From contig NW_004798738.1 in the NCBI RefSeq assembly GCF_000002075.1, forward strand, positions 1 to 64,000: 64,000 bases of DNA, written 5' to 3'. Position numbers and translations under genes: made by a program. The notes under the pieces were generated by a model. It was not told the origin of the DNA, made no database searches, and was given only the letters and a program-made list of their open reading frames with translations. This DNA is from Aplysia californica. Lineage: Eukaryota. Positions 1-9,242 of the stretch are shown here, in pieces (positions within the stretch are counted from its first letter, which is position 1; each line of letters opens with the position of its first letter).

Positions 1-463
1 CCCCGGCGACGCTCAAGACTAAGGGGATATTATGCCGCCACTTGCCTTTCTCATCGTGAATGATGATTGCAAACAAGGTCCGAAGTCGTACATATTCATC
101 GCCACCAGCTTCGCGTAACTGATCACGAAGCGCGTAATACTCTTGCTGTAGTTGAGGATTATTCTCAAAACAGCCTAATACCTTGGTTCGTTCCAAGCCA
201 CATTGTTCGACCCAACGACCGGAAACCTTCAATACTTGGAGTTTAGTCGAGCCTAACCAAACACCAACTTCAGTGTCACCATTGTTGAATTCATGCTCAT
301 AGCTGTCTGTGGAGCCAATCCAGCCTGCAGCGATTGCATTTTGCTGCCGAATGAAAATCCCACAATCTTCCGATTTTTTGCCCGCTAAGAGCTGACAGGA
401 GGGGAGAGAGTCAATAGTCCCTTCAAATTCACTGCCCGTTAGTTCAGATAGAGTAAACGTCAT
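1..463 (-). CDS. Hypothetical protein, DUF5895-like, truncated by the window edge
   Basis: Manual translation from ATG at 463 (MTFTLSELTGSEFEG...LPSCQLL...GIFI...AGW...HEFNNGDTEVG...HNIPLVL) is open to position 1. Family recalled from memory. Confidence 0.5.
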   Translation of the reverse strand, partial: MTFTLSELTGSEFEGTIDSLPSCQLLAGKKSEDCGIFIRQQNAIAAGWIGSTDSYEHEFNNGDTEVGVWLGSTKLQVLKVSGRWVEQCGLERTKVLGCFENNPQLQQEYYALRDQLREAGGDEYVRLRTLFAIIIHDEKGKWRHNIPLVLSVAG

Positions 464-670
464 TTGCTTTTGTGCCTTTATGCTTATAGAATTACGAACC
501 CCTCGCAAATTGGCCCTAATCTAAGACTAGAGCGCGATAGAGAGATTCCGCTACTCTAAAATCGGAGCGCAGCGGAGATTCCCTTCCCCTGATTATAATT
601 CGAGATTTATCAAAATGATTTGCAGCCCTAGCGAAAAACCATCAGTTTTCGAGTTTTGCTTGAGCACTAA

Positions 671-1081
671 TCAATTATCTTTAAGATTGCCGTCTCCCCC
701 TGTACAATCCAAGTGCCATTGAACAAACTCCTTGAGGGCGGCGACGTTTAACTTGCGGTCTTGCTGACGAATAAACAGCCACTGGTCCTTAGGAACCCGT
801 GAGAGTTCTGGTAGGGGCGTCTGAAATAGCCGATAGACATTGATCGTAAACTGGAGGAAGGGGTCTGGCTGGGCCTCGGTTTTGTCCAGTAATTGAGGGT
901 TAAGCAGCTTCAAGTGATTAGTAACGCGATCGCGGATCTCACCTAGCTGCTTTAACCGTGCTGCTTCTGGCTGGTAGTAGTTCAACTGCTGAGGATCAGT
1001 GAGTAATAAGTACTGGTAGATATCCTCAATGAAGTCGTCAATTGTATAACCCGTTTCGGGTTTAGGGAAATCTAGAGACAT
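671..1081 (-). CDS. Hypothetical protein
   Basis: 136-aa ORF, co-oriented with neighbours. Confidence 0.5.
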   Translation of the reverse strand: MSLDFPKPETGYTIDDFIEDIYQYLLLTDPQQLNYYQPEAARLKQLGEIRDRVTNHLKLLNPQLLDKTEAQPDPFLQFTINVYRLFQTPLPELSRVPKDQWLFIRQQDRKLNVAALKEFVQWHLDCTGGDGNLKDN

Positions 1082-1135
1082 GACAATTTTTTTAACTGAT
1101 TAAGATAGAGATAGCGGAGTATTACCATTACCACG

Positions 1136-2176
1136 GTGGCTACAGAATCAAATCAACTCCTAGCTCAACGACATTGTACTGTCCTTGCTTCAGCCCTTAA
1201 GGGTCCATTCCTAGTGGTTTATCTAGGAACTGACGACTCTTTGCGCATAGCAGAAATAACCGATGGGCTCCTTAAGACCTTAAATATCCCTACTCATGCT
1301 CAATTAGATTTCCAGAATGAGATGAGAGACAGTCGATTGTCTCACTTGATCAGCTATGGCGAGTATCTAGATTTAATTCAAATCTGCCTTGAGAAAAAGA
1401 ATATCCAAAAATCACTAACCCTTAACCAATATAGCGGCAATGACATCGTCTTTAATGCCACTATTGCTCCATTTGACTGGGGCTTACATATTATTCTTTA
1501 TTCTGATAACAGTAGCTGGCAGCATGTAAAAGAATGGCCAGATAGGGTAACTGATATCGCTAGCTGGATCTCAGGGATGAAAAAGCCTATGCGAGGGTTT
1601 ATTGCTGCTTTAGCAAGTATTGGTATTTCTATCCCAAGCTTTTTTGTATTTGACCTTGCGAACTCAAAACCCGGCTTTGTGACAGACAATCCAATTGTCC
1701 GATCAGTAGCGGATGACGAAACTTTAACTTTAAAAAAAAAGCTGGCTCTTTTGCTTGAAGAACAAGGGAAGAAATTTAAAGGCCCTAGTCTTAATACAAT
1801 CTCATATTCTCAGTATGCACCTGATTTTAGTGAGCAGTATTATGTAGCCTCTTATGCCCCATTCTTGAGGGAATCTTTTTTTCTTGAAAATAAAGTTAGA
1901 AGTACTTATCAGTTGGGCTGGCGGCAAGTTTTAGAAGCTAACCACGAATACCGCTCGATTGCGATTAAAGCCTCTGAAATAGATAAAAGCCACCCCATGC
2001 GGTCAATGATGCTTAGGGGTGGGCTTGCGGAGATGTTGTTTTATCCTGTTTATAAGCAGGACAAGCTAGTAGGATGTATTACCGTTGGCTTTGTGGAAGA
2101 GTTAAAAGAAGTTGAGTTCCCACTAGTAAATCGACAGATGATTGAACTTGCTGTTTTAACCAATCAAGTTTTGTAA
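1136..2176 (+). CDS. Single-pass membrane protein with C-terminal GAF-like domain
   Basis: Hydrophobic segment GFIAALASIGISIPSFFVF; C-terminal MLFYPVYKQDKLVGCITVGF resembles a GAF strand pattern. Confidence 0.45.
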   Translation: MATESNQLLAQRHCTVLASALKGPFLVVYLGTDDSLRIAEITDGLLKTLNIPTHAQLDFQNEMRDSRLSHLISYGEYLDLIQICLEKKNIQKSLTLNQYSGNDIVFNATIAPFDWGLHIILYSDNSSWQHVKEWPDRVTDIASWISGMKKPMRGFIAALASIGISIPSFFVFDLANSKPGFVTDNPIVRSVADDETLTLKKKLALLLEEQGKKFKGPSLNTISYSQYAPDFSEQYYVASYAPFLRESFFLENKVRSTYQLGWRQVLEANHEYRSIAIKASEIDKSHPMRSMMLRGGLAEMLFYPVYKQDKLVGCITVGFVEELKEVEFPLVNRQMIELAVLTNQVL

Positions 2177-2177
2177 T

Positions 2178-2411
2178 TCATAATCTTGAGCTTTCTATTT
2201 CAGGGATTTCCTCTAGGGTTTTCGGGAGTTTCTGTTGATATTCTTCCAGCAATTCTGTGGGATTATCAGGTTCATTGGAACTATTAGCCCTTAAGGGTGA
2301 AAATAGATACGAGCCCAAGAATAAGCTAGCAACGGGTAGTATTAGCCAAACGCGGCGATACCCGCTAAAAAAGGATTGGAACATAAAGCTGAAAAGTCTT
2401 TGGGTCACCAC
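2178..2411 (-). CDS. Small membrane or secreted protein
   Basis: 77 aa with one hydrophobic segment. Confidence 0.4.
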   Translation of the reverse strand: MVTQRLFSFMFQSFFSGYRRVWLILPVASLFLGSYLFSPLRANSSNEPDNPTELLEEYQQKLPKTLEEIPEIESSRL

Positions 2412-2485
2412 GATTAGTCCTCCTGGTATTTATTAAGGATGCCCTTAAACAATCTTCTGCTTGAAGACAATTAGCCTAGCATTAT

Positions 2486-3550
2486 TCAAGATAACGTTTC
2501 TTCTAAATTACCAATATCTTTTATAGCTGGCATAATCCGAACAGAGAACTCACTTACGTCTTCCATGTCTGCTCCCATGTGGGTATAGCCAAAATCATCT
2601 ATCAGCTTATAGTCCCCAATCATGAATTGCCGATAAGTTCGAAAAAATTCATTTTGGTATACACATAGCCCGTGGGATTCAATAGGCTTAACTGCAACCC
2701 AAAAAGGAGTCTCCTTTCGCTCGCTATTTAAGCGATGCAGGATCAATAAATCTAAGTCTTTTTTTATTCCTGTATAACTGAACATTTGCCTAGGTAGTCG
2801 AAGCGCCTGCAGTCCGCACTTACGACCAATCCACTTTCGTAAAGATAGCGCTTGGGGAGTTGGTGAATCCAATATCTCCGAGGGGGCAATTAAAAGCGCT
2901 AGACCGCCAGGCTTTAAGAGGCTAATACTCTTGGCTACCGCATAGAAATGAAGCGGCCAATCGTAGCCATCAAACTCTGGGTCGAAGAGGGAAACGGGGT
3001 GACGAGGGACGTGATCGATGACTAGTTCAAATTCAGGCTTAAACCGTAAGTCCTCCATACCTTGGTTTAACACTGTCGCCTGTGGGTAAAGAATCTTGGC
3101 GATTTTACAGTTAATCGGATCTGGATCAACCAAAGTCCATTCCGTGCTCAGGCTATTCCCTTGAGTCCCAGTAAATATGCCAATACCGGCAGAAGGGCTA
3201 ATGGCTTTACCCATATGGGCATACCCTAGCTCTTCAGCTATCATCCACATTGCCTGAGCGATCGTTAACGGGGTGAAGTACCCCGTAAACCCAAACATAT
3301 CTACCGATGCCTTCAAAAGGCTATAGTCTTGGCCTAGGCACTGCTTAATTGCATTGCAGTTATAGAGATCTCGTTCTCCTGGGTATTTGAATAAAAACTT
3401 TAATATGCCGGTACCGGCATATTTAGCTAGGGTATCTAGATCGCTAAGTTGCCACTGAGCTGGTGGTTTATGGATTAAGGACAAGGCTGCAATACTAGAA
3501 TTAATCTGCTCTTGAAGGTTATAGGCTAGCGGCTTTGAATATGAATACAT
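2486..3550 (-). CDS. N6-adenine DNA methyltransferase-like protein (DarB-type MTase domain, degenerate motif IV)
   Basis: YFTP..IA..MW; motif I SPSAGIGIF; DHVPR at the NPPF/NVPF position; LLKPGGLALLI; LRLP..MF. Confidence 0.65.
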   Translation of the reverse strand: MYSYSKPLAYNLQEQINSSIAALSLIHKPPAQWQLSDLDTLAKYAGTGILKFLFKYPGERDLYNCNAIKQCLGQDYSLLKASVDMFGFTGYFTPLTIAQAMWMIAEELGYAHMGKAISPSAGIGIFTGTQGNSLSTEWTLVDPDPINCKIAKILYPQATVLNQGMEDLRFKPEFELVIDHVPRHPVSLFDPEFDGYDWPLHFYAVAKSISLLKPGGLALLIAPSEILDSPTPQALSLRKWIGRKCGLQALRLPRQMFSYTGIKKDLDLLILHRLNSERKETPFWVAVKPIESHGLCVYQNEFFRTYRQFMIGDYKLIDDFGYTHMGADMEDVSEFSVRIMPAIKDIGNLEETLS

Positions 3551-3768
3551 TAATTCTCAAATCGATCCTCATTAGAAGCCACTTTGATGCAGGTCTGAAA
3601 ATATTCATTGCAGATATCTTCTTCACCCATTGTTTCTCGGTAATGAGTAAAACCAATTTGAGAGGTCAGCATCACTGTTTCTAAGCGTTGCACACATTGT
3701 CCTCTTTTCTGATCAAAGAATTGACAAGTATGGCAATTGGGTAGTTGATTTAAATTTTGCATAAACAT
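3550..3768 (-). CDS. Small Cys-rich protein
   Basis: CxxCxFF...C...C pattern; coupled to the MTase-like gene. Confidence 0.45.
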   Translation of the reverse strand: MFMQNLNQLPNCHTCQFFDQKRGQCVQRLETVMLTSQIGFTHYRETMGEEDICNEYFQTCIKVASNEDRFEN

Positions 3769-3782
3769 TCTCCTTTGTTTGA

Positions 3783-4130
3783 TTAATTTGTTACCTTTTC
3801 GTCTTCTAATAAGTACAGGTTAATTTGCACGTAAGGGTCATTTTTTACTGGATAAGTATCCCAATGAAAATAGAGGGACATTAGATTAAATGCGCTGCAG
3901 GGTGTAATGACACTAGCTGACTCCAGGTCATTGACAGTGTCAGCTATTAACTGAATAGGAGTGTATTGACTCGGCCAGTTCTGACTAGGGGCTATCTTAA
4001 GACTGTAATGGCTAACTGGGGTTTCAATCTTGGAATCTTTTACCTGATCATGTAGCCGCTGAATCCGCTTAGATGACTCGTATTCATCTAAATACAACAC
4101 TAAGGAGATACAATTTTTTTGCAGTTGCAT
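3783..4130 (-). CDS. Hypothetical protein
   Basis: 115-aa ORF in the operon. Confidence 0.45.
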   Translation of the reverse strand: MQLQKNCISLVLYLDEYESSKRIQRLHDQVKDSKIETPVSHYSLKIAPSQNWPSQYTPIQLIADTVNDLESASVITPCSAFNLMSLYFHWDTYPVKNDPYVQINLYLLEDEKVTN

Positions 4131-4288
4131 ATGTCAACATCGTCATTAATAGTTGGATTAGGTGTGACTAAAACATAAACACCAAAACTAAAACTAAAGA
4201 TTGCAAAAGCCAAGGCCAGTCGCGACCCTGGTCGAGAGAAGTACACTCTTTGCTTTTTTCTATAAGGTGATTTTGGGGTTCTAGGCAT
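4100..4288 (-). CDS. Small membrane protein whose original 5' end is cut off by an insertion
   Basis: One TM segment. Removing 4291-4672 restores RBS GAGGAG plus in-frame ATG TTA CCC TGT ATG CCT. Confidence 0.55.
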   Translation of the reverse strand: MPRTPKSPYRKKQRVYFSRPGSRLALAFAIFSFSFGVYVLVTPNPTINDDVDICNCKKIVSP

Positions 4289-4290
4289 AC

Positions 4291-4672
4291 GAGGCAGAGG
4301 AGTAGATGCGATCTAAGCCTGGGGTAGAGAAGCCTCTCGGGCAGATTTATCTGCCGTGGTAGTATAGACGTATTCTTCGACTTACTTAGACCTCCAGTAG
4401 TTCTAGAGGGAAGTCCTCTAGGTAAAGGGCTAAACGTACCGCAAGAAGGTAGTCTCGACAGTTTAATCGGATCATCATAAATCACTAGGGGTAGAATCCA
4501 GGGTTTAATTATCTGTCAGACCTGAAGAAAGAAAACCGATTCTGGTTGTTTGGAGCAATCCAACTAGGCAGGGTGTTGTCTAGGGTGCGAGTAGACGTAA
4601 GACAAGACTTGTTCTTGCAATCTACGCCAGTAGTGCCAAATCCTCCAGGCTAAAGCTTGGGGAGTGCATCAA
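4291..4672 (+). mobile_element. Non-autonomous IS200/IS605-family element
   Basis: Left end has the 22-nt motif (4336-4357) shared with the intact tnpB IS. Right-end hairpin ends in TCAA. Excision restores a reading frame. Confidence 0.7.
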
Positions 4673-4738
4673 AGGGTAACATCTGCTCCTCTGTCTTTAG
4701 GGTTGCCCAATCCTAGGAGCAACCCTCTTTAAATCTAC

Positions 4739-5125
4739 CTAAGCTGCTTGGACAATTTTTTGATATTGGTATAATTTTTGTTTGGACTTAGGCGTTAGCA
4801 TTAACCACACTTCTTTCTTTAATTCATCCGTGCACAATAGCTGCAAGATTCTTACCACCTCCTCCATCTCTTCATGGGTAAATGCATCATCAATCAATCC
4901 GATCATGCTGTCAAAATCAGCTTGAGTCCAATAGGTGGGATAGGCTTCGCTAAGTAGATAACACCCTTCTCCACTCCAAAGCAGCCCAGTCCCTTCAACC
5001 CAGGTTATATCAGTAACCTGAATCGTTTGACCTAAGTACCGAACCCGATCGCCTACTTTAAACGCACAATCTACGTCAGCCGCTGTTTCTTTATCGGTAG
5101 GCTGCATAGGCGAATGGGTATTCAA
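4739..5125 (-). CDS. Hypothetical phage protein
   Basis: FKVGDRVRY SH3/KOW-like start motif. Confidence 0.45.
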   Translation of the reverse strand: MNTHSPMQPTDKETAADVDCAFKVGDRVRYLGQTIQVTDITWVEGTGLLWSGEGCYLLSEAYPTYWTQADFDSMIGLIDDAFTHEEMEEVVRILQLLCTDELKKEVWLMLTPKSKQKLYQYQKIVQAA

Positions 5126-5169
5126 AAAAGCAACCTCCTGTAATATAGTCTGACTCTCTTTAACGAATA

Positions 5170-5563
5170 ATGTGCGTGAAGTCCCTATCGTCTAAAGGAT
5201 AGGGATGTATATAGCACTTGTTCCAAACATATTTTCTCCGTGGTAAAATAGTAGTACTAGCAGCAAGACTGCCTCTGATCTACATGGCGACGGCCTGATA
5301 CCTCGACACAAACGTACAGCAATGCTGGTGAACAGTGCGAACGGTATAAAACGAACAACCGAAAAATTGATTGTGCATCGTCTGCGGTGGGTCTATCTCG
5401 TGGACGCTAAACAAATTGCCTGTGGATGGGATCTGCTCGGGGTATCAGGAAACTGGTACTAGACAAGACCGTGTGAAGCAGGAACTTCTCAAGATGGCGG
5501 CATCCATTAGATTGGGTGCGTGAGCCGAGAAGCCCAACGTTCTTAGCGTTGGGAGTATGTCAC
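5170..5563 (+). mobile_element. Non-autonomous IS200/IS605-family element with omegaRNA-like right end
   Basis: Left hairpin TCCCTATC...GATAGGGA; GCCTGTGGA...GTGAAGCAGGAA; terminal hairpin CCCAACG...CGTTGGG followed by AGTATGTCA. Boundaries approximate. Confidence 0.6.
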
Positions 5564-5575
5564 TTAGGCTGCGTC

Positions 5576-6064
5576 TTAATCATCCCCAGTAATCTCCCTA
5601 AAAATTCTCTGGATTGGCCCATCCAAGATAATTTGCTGTCCAGTGGTTGTTCGTCCCCAGACCTTAAAATTATAGATTTTCGCGACGGGTTCCCCTTCTT
5701 CTTCTAGCAATCTAAATAGATAATCACTGACAATCCAATACTCGTAAATCTCTTGTGATATCACTTCAAGGTCATGGGCTTCACAGCAGTCCTCGGCTGC
5801 TTCTTGAACGGTGTCAAATAACTCACCAGGAGACTGGGAATCATCACTTGAGAACTCCCAGTAATACAGACCTTCAATTGATTGATGGATTAAATACCCT
5901 TCATCTTCAGCGGTGGCTTCATAGTCAGGAAAATTGTGAAGATCTAACAAGTCATCGTAATATTCACCTTCCTCGAATCTACCTAAATCCATCATCAACA
6001 TAGAAATATTGACGTGAACGTTTTCATCAACAAATTTACTTAGTCGATTTTGATCTAAATTCAT
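5576..6064 (-). CDS. Acidic hypothetical phage protein
   Basis: 162 aa with GGAG RBS; EIYEYWIVS...WGRTTTGQ. Confidence 0.55.
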   Translation of the reverse strand: MNLDQNRLSKFVDENVHVNISMLMMDLGRFEEGEYYDDLLDLHNFPDYEATAEDEGYLIHQSIEGLYYWEFSSDDSQSPGELFDTVQEAAEDCCEAHDLEVISQEIYEYWIVSDYLFRLLEEEGEPVAKIYNFKVWGRTTTGQQIILDGPIQRIFREITGDD

Positions 6065-6217
6065 TCCAGATCTCCAATTAAATTATCAACAGAAACCCTT
6101 AATACCGGAGCGCAGCGCAGGTACAGTTTTACATTTTCAGAATGAATAAAAAAACGATTTATTATTTAAGTGGGCCTGCCTCATCACCCAGGCCCACTTA
6201 ATCTGGGAGGGTGCTTT

Positions 6218-6454
6218 ATGCAAGACTCAGTTCATATTGTCAATCAGCTTGATACCTTGGGCCAAGAACGCCGATTAATGAGGCAGGGAGAACAGCTGAT
6301 CAATCAACTCACCCAAGCGATGTTTACCGCCCATCGGGCGCACGATAAAGAGAAGGTCAATCGCTTAGACAAAATGATTGTTCGTGCTAGAACGCGCTAT
6401 GATCGGCGCTATCAGAAGGTATATGGCCGAGTCACGGGCAGTCTGTCTAACTGA
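6218..6454 (+). CDS. Small helical protein (RYDRRY paralog family)
   Basis: GGAGG RBS before ATG 6218; motif shared with 25289-25657 and 26078-26293. Confidence 0.55.
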   Translation: MQDSVHIVNQLDTLGQERRLMRQGEQLINQLTQAMFTAHRAHDKEKVNRLDKMIVRARTRYDRRYQKVYGRVTGSLSN

Positions 6455-6456
6455 TG

Positions 6457-6642
6457 TTACGCCACTCCCCAAAAGGCAGTCTTGCCCAAAAACCCCAACA
6501 GGGCTAGGACCAAGCCACCCACAAAGGTCCACAGGCGAGCATCCTGGGCGTTGGTCTGTTTTTCTAAAGAAGAGAGCCGTTGATCAACGGCCTTAAAGCG
6601 ATCTGCAGTTTTGGACTCAAACCCAGTCAGCCGCGATCGCAT
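6457..6642 (-). CDS. Small coiled-coil plus TM protein, possibly frameshifted at its 5' end
   Basis: Coiled coil then C-terminal TM. An upstream ATG at 6685 is in another frame. Confidence 0.4.
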   Translation of the reverse strand: MRSRLTGFESKTADRFKAVDQRLSSLEKQTNAQDARLWTFVGGLVLALLGFLGKTAFWGVA

Positions 6643-6684
6643 CTAGCTTCTGTAGGATTTGAGTAGCTTCGTTTGTTGGTCGCA

Positions 6685-6951
6685 TCAAACTTTTTCCTTA
6701 GACTTGTTCAGCAGCTCAATCAGCAGATCTTGGCCAGTCTTAAGGCTAGCTAGCTGCTGATTAACACTGCTGAGTTGCTCGTCAATGCCATCAAACCGTT
6801 TATCTAGCTGCTCCTTAAATTCTGCAAGCTCTGGCTTAATGACGGAGGAAACGGCGAATCGAAATAGTACCCATAGAAAGCTAGCTGCTGCACCAATGGT
6901 GACGATAGTTCCGCCAATCCCAGCACCGTATTCTTTGATGAATTCCAGCAT
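6685..6951 (-). CDS. Small TM plus coiled-coil protein
   Basis: GGAGG RBS; N-terminal TM; LDKRFDGIDEQL. Confidence 0.55.
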   Translation of the reverse strand: MLEFIKEYGAGIGGTIVTIGAAASFLWVLFRFAVSSVIKPELAEFKEQLDKRFDGIDEQLSSVNQQLASLKTGQDLLIELLNKSKEKV

Positions 6952-6963
6952 TTAATTTGCCTC

Positions 6964-7239
6964 CTAGTCAAAGTCGTAAATTTCTTCTTCATCTGGATAA
7001 CCAAACCCATCGGAGTCTACTGACCAGTTCTCACCGGGTCGCTCGTATTTCAATTGCGTTTCGTCTGGCCAATAAGGGTATCGACTGGGCTTACCATCCG
7101 GCCCCTCCCAATATTGCTCGCCGGTTTTTGGATCCATCCATTTTGGGTAGGGGCAAGGCTTGCCATCCGGGTGCTCTCGGTAAAGGGCGCGATCGCGTTG
7201 GATATCGTCGTTAGCTTCTGTATCGTAAAGTTCATGCAT
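6964..7239 (-). CDS. Hypothetical protein
   Basis: 91 aa with internal HPDGKP/GPDGKP repeat. Confidence 0.45.
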   Translation of the reverse strand: MHELYDTEANDDIQRDRALYREHPDGKPCPYPKWMDPKTGEQYWEGPDGKPSRYPYWPDETQLKYERPGENWSVDSDGFGYPDEEEIYDFD

Positions 7240-7331
7240 AATAGTATTACCTTTAATTTGCGAGTTGAAGGTCTTAAAACTGTTGACAGCAGTTTGAGTT
7301 TCGGGGGTCCTGCTAGACCCCCGATTTGGTT

Positions 7332-7610
7332 TTAGTTTGACGTGCTAGTCAGATGCTGCAAAATGATATCGAGCTTCCCGTTGGCCGTCAAAGTGACTTG
7401 CTCTAAACGGTCAAGCCGACCGTTGACTTCGGTGAAGCTCTGATTAACATGGCTCTCCATGATTTCAAAGGCTTCAGATATCCAGCCTTCCGGTAAAACA
7501 ATATTATTGAAAGAATTTAGCGCAACCTTGAGTTCAGATATGGTTAATTCCAGTTGCGCTAGACGCCGGTGAAACGCTAAAGGGCTTGTGGGTTCTTCAG
7601 AGTAAGTCAT
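7332..7610 (-). CDS. Small coiled-coil protein
   Basis: 92 aa; KLDIILQHL C-terminus. Confidence 0.5.
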   Translation of the reverse strand: MTYSEEPTSPLAFHRRLAQLELTISELKVALNSFNNIVLPEGWISEAFEIMESHVNQSFTEVNGRLDRLEQVTLTANGKLDIILQHLTSTSN

Positions 7611-7734
7611 GTTTTACAGTGGTGTTTACCCTCCTATTATATTAAATCTAATTTAATTATACAAATATATTTGCTTAACCAAACAACAGCAGTAATACTG
7701 GGTTAGAATTGGCAAAACAATCAATCCAGGTAAA

Positions 7735-7983
7735 GTGAAAACAAAAACAAAAACAGTATCACTAAATTTTGGCGAATGGTTTCATGTACAGCGCAAGCGG
7801 GCGGGCATCAGCCAGACCGCGATCGCCCAGGCTTTGGGGGTAACGCAGCAATCCGTTGGCAACTGGGAAAACAATCGTTCTCTGCCTCATCTCAGCCCAG
7901 TAGGGATGGCCTGTTTGTGTGAGCTGCTAAAGGTTGACCTCTCAGAACTTGCGGCAATGGCTAGGGATTGGCAGATTAAGTGA
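7735..7983 (+). CDS. XRE/Cro-family HTH transcriptional regulator
   Basis: RKRAGISQTAIAQALGVTQQSVGNWENNRSLP. Confidence 0.85.
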   Translation: MKTKTKTVSLNFGEWFHVQRKRAGISQTAIAQALGVTQQSVGNWENNRSLPHLSPVGMACLCELLKVDLSELAAMARDWQIK

Positions 7984-7997
7984 TAGGATTGATCGAG

Positions 7998-8172
7998 TAG
8001 CCAAACACAGCGTTCTGGCATTAGTACTTCAATATTTTCAAACTAAGATTTTGGAAGCGTCAAGTTTCCACTTCGGCGGTCCACAGTCGGAGTCAGCCCA
8101 AAACCCACAAGGGACACGGGAAGGTGATGCGGTAATGCCCACCATGCGAGGGGAAAGCGATAGCGACTCCTC
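7998..8172 (+). ncRNA. Putative tracrRNA/scaffold RNA, copy B (upstream of the CRISPR array)
   Basis: Shares identical blocks of 27, 14, 12 and 13 nt with 17345-17519(-); the stems between them show compensatory changes. Confidence 0.75.
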
Positions 8173-8783
8173 AACAACACGCAGGCCAATGCAAGCACCA
8201 TTGCTTGCGCTCACTGAAAGGCAGTTCACGTCCTCGATTCGCACCTTGTCAATTTGATAGCAAGTTTTATCTATCTGAAGTGATTTATTGTTCAGGTAAT
8301 GCTTGCGTTTTGTCCGCAAGACTCTTGAGGAGGCAAGGTTCTAAGAAACGCCGTGATTTGAGGCTTATAGGCTGAAGTGTTGATGAACAATTTAGAATTA
8401 TTTACGAATGGGAATTGAAAGATGGTGTGATTTGAGGCTTATAGGCTGAAGTGTTGATGAACATTTTGTTTTAAAACACAGACGATATCCAGATGCAAGT
8501 GATTTGAGGCTTATAGGCTGAAGTGTTGATGAACATTGATGTTATGGAAGAGAAGGTAGATTCTATTCGACTTAAAAAGCCTGGTGAGTGATTTGAGGCT
8601 TATAAGCTGAAGTGTCGATGGACAGGAAGGATATGATTATAAAAATGGGCTTAATTACGTGATTTGAGACTTATAGGCTGAAGTATTGATGGACTAGATA
8701 TTCAAGAGTGGCAAGATAACCTCCCATCATGTGATCTGAAGCTTATAGGCTGAAGTGTTAATGGACTTTCGATAGGTGCAACT

Positions 8784-9242
8784 TTGACATCCTCTCCCTG
8801 CAACCCTAACGGGTATGCACAGAGATTCCTTGGATCGCTCCAAAGATTTCCTGCTGATCTCAGGTCGCCTCTTAACTAGACATCAAATGCAAACGACACC
8901 CTAAAATGTCTCTTCTCCATCCCCGTCAGCTCGACTTCACAGGCATTTTTGAACTGGGTTGCTCATCCCAGTCATGTCCTGCCCGGACGCTATACGTGTG
9001 TTTCGCAACTATTCCCTTAAAGTTTTACATCAACAGGGATTGGTGTTGAAAACCCCATACTTTAACTATTGAGTTGGTTAGGTTCAGATCAAGGCCCACA
9101 TTACTGGCTACCAAGATGTTTATATTTTATCGCAAAGGAGAATAAAACACTGCATTATTGTTCCCTGCGGTCACGCTCCGCTACACCCCCAGCCAAGCTT
9201 TCAGCTATGGGCTGAAGTATTGGGAAGTTTTTCCGATAGCGA
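8784..9242 (-). mobile_element. Non-autonomous IS200/IS605-like insertion in spacer 6
   Basis: TTGACATCCTC...GATTCC reverse right end and a subterminal hairpin near 9185-9225. Removal leaves a ~42-nt spacer. Left boundary inferred. Confidence 0.65.

Noticed and set aside
7934-8319. ORFs 7934-8257 and 8038-8319
   Set aside because: They overlap the covarying scaffold RNA, and the frames are not conserved in copy A.
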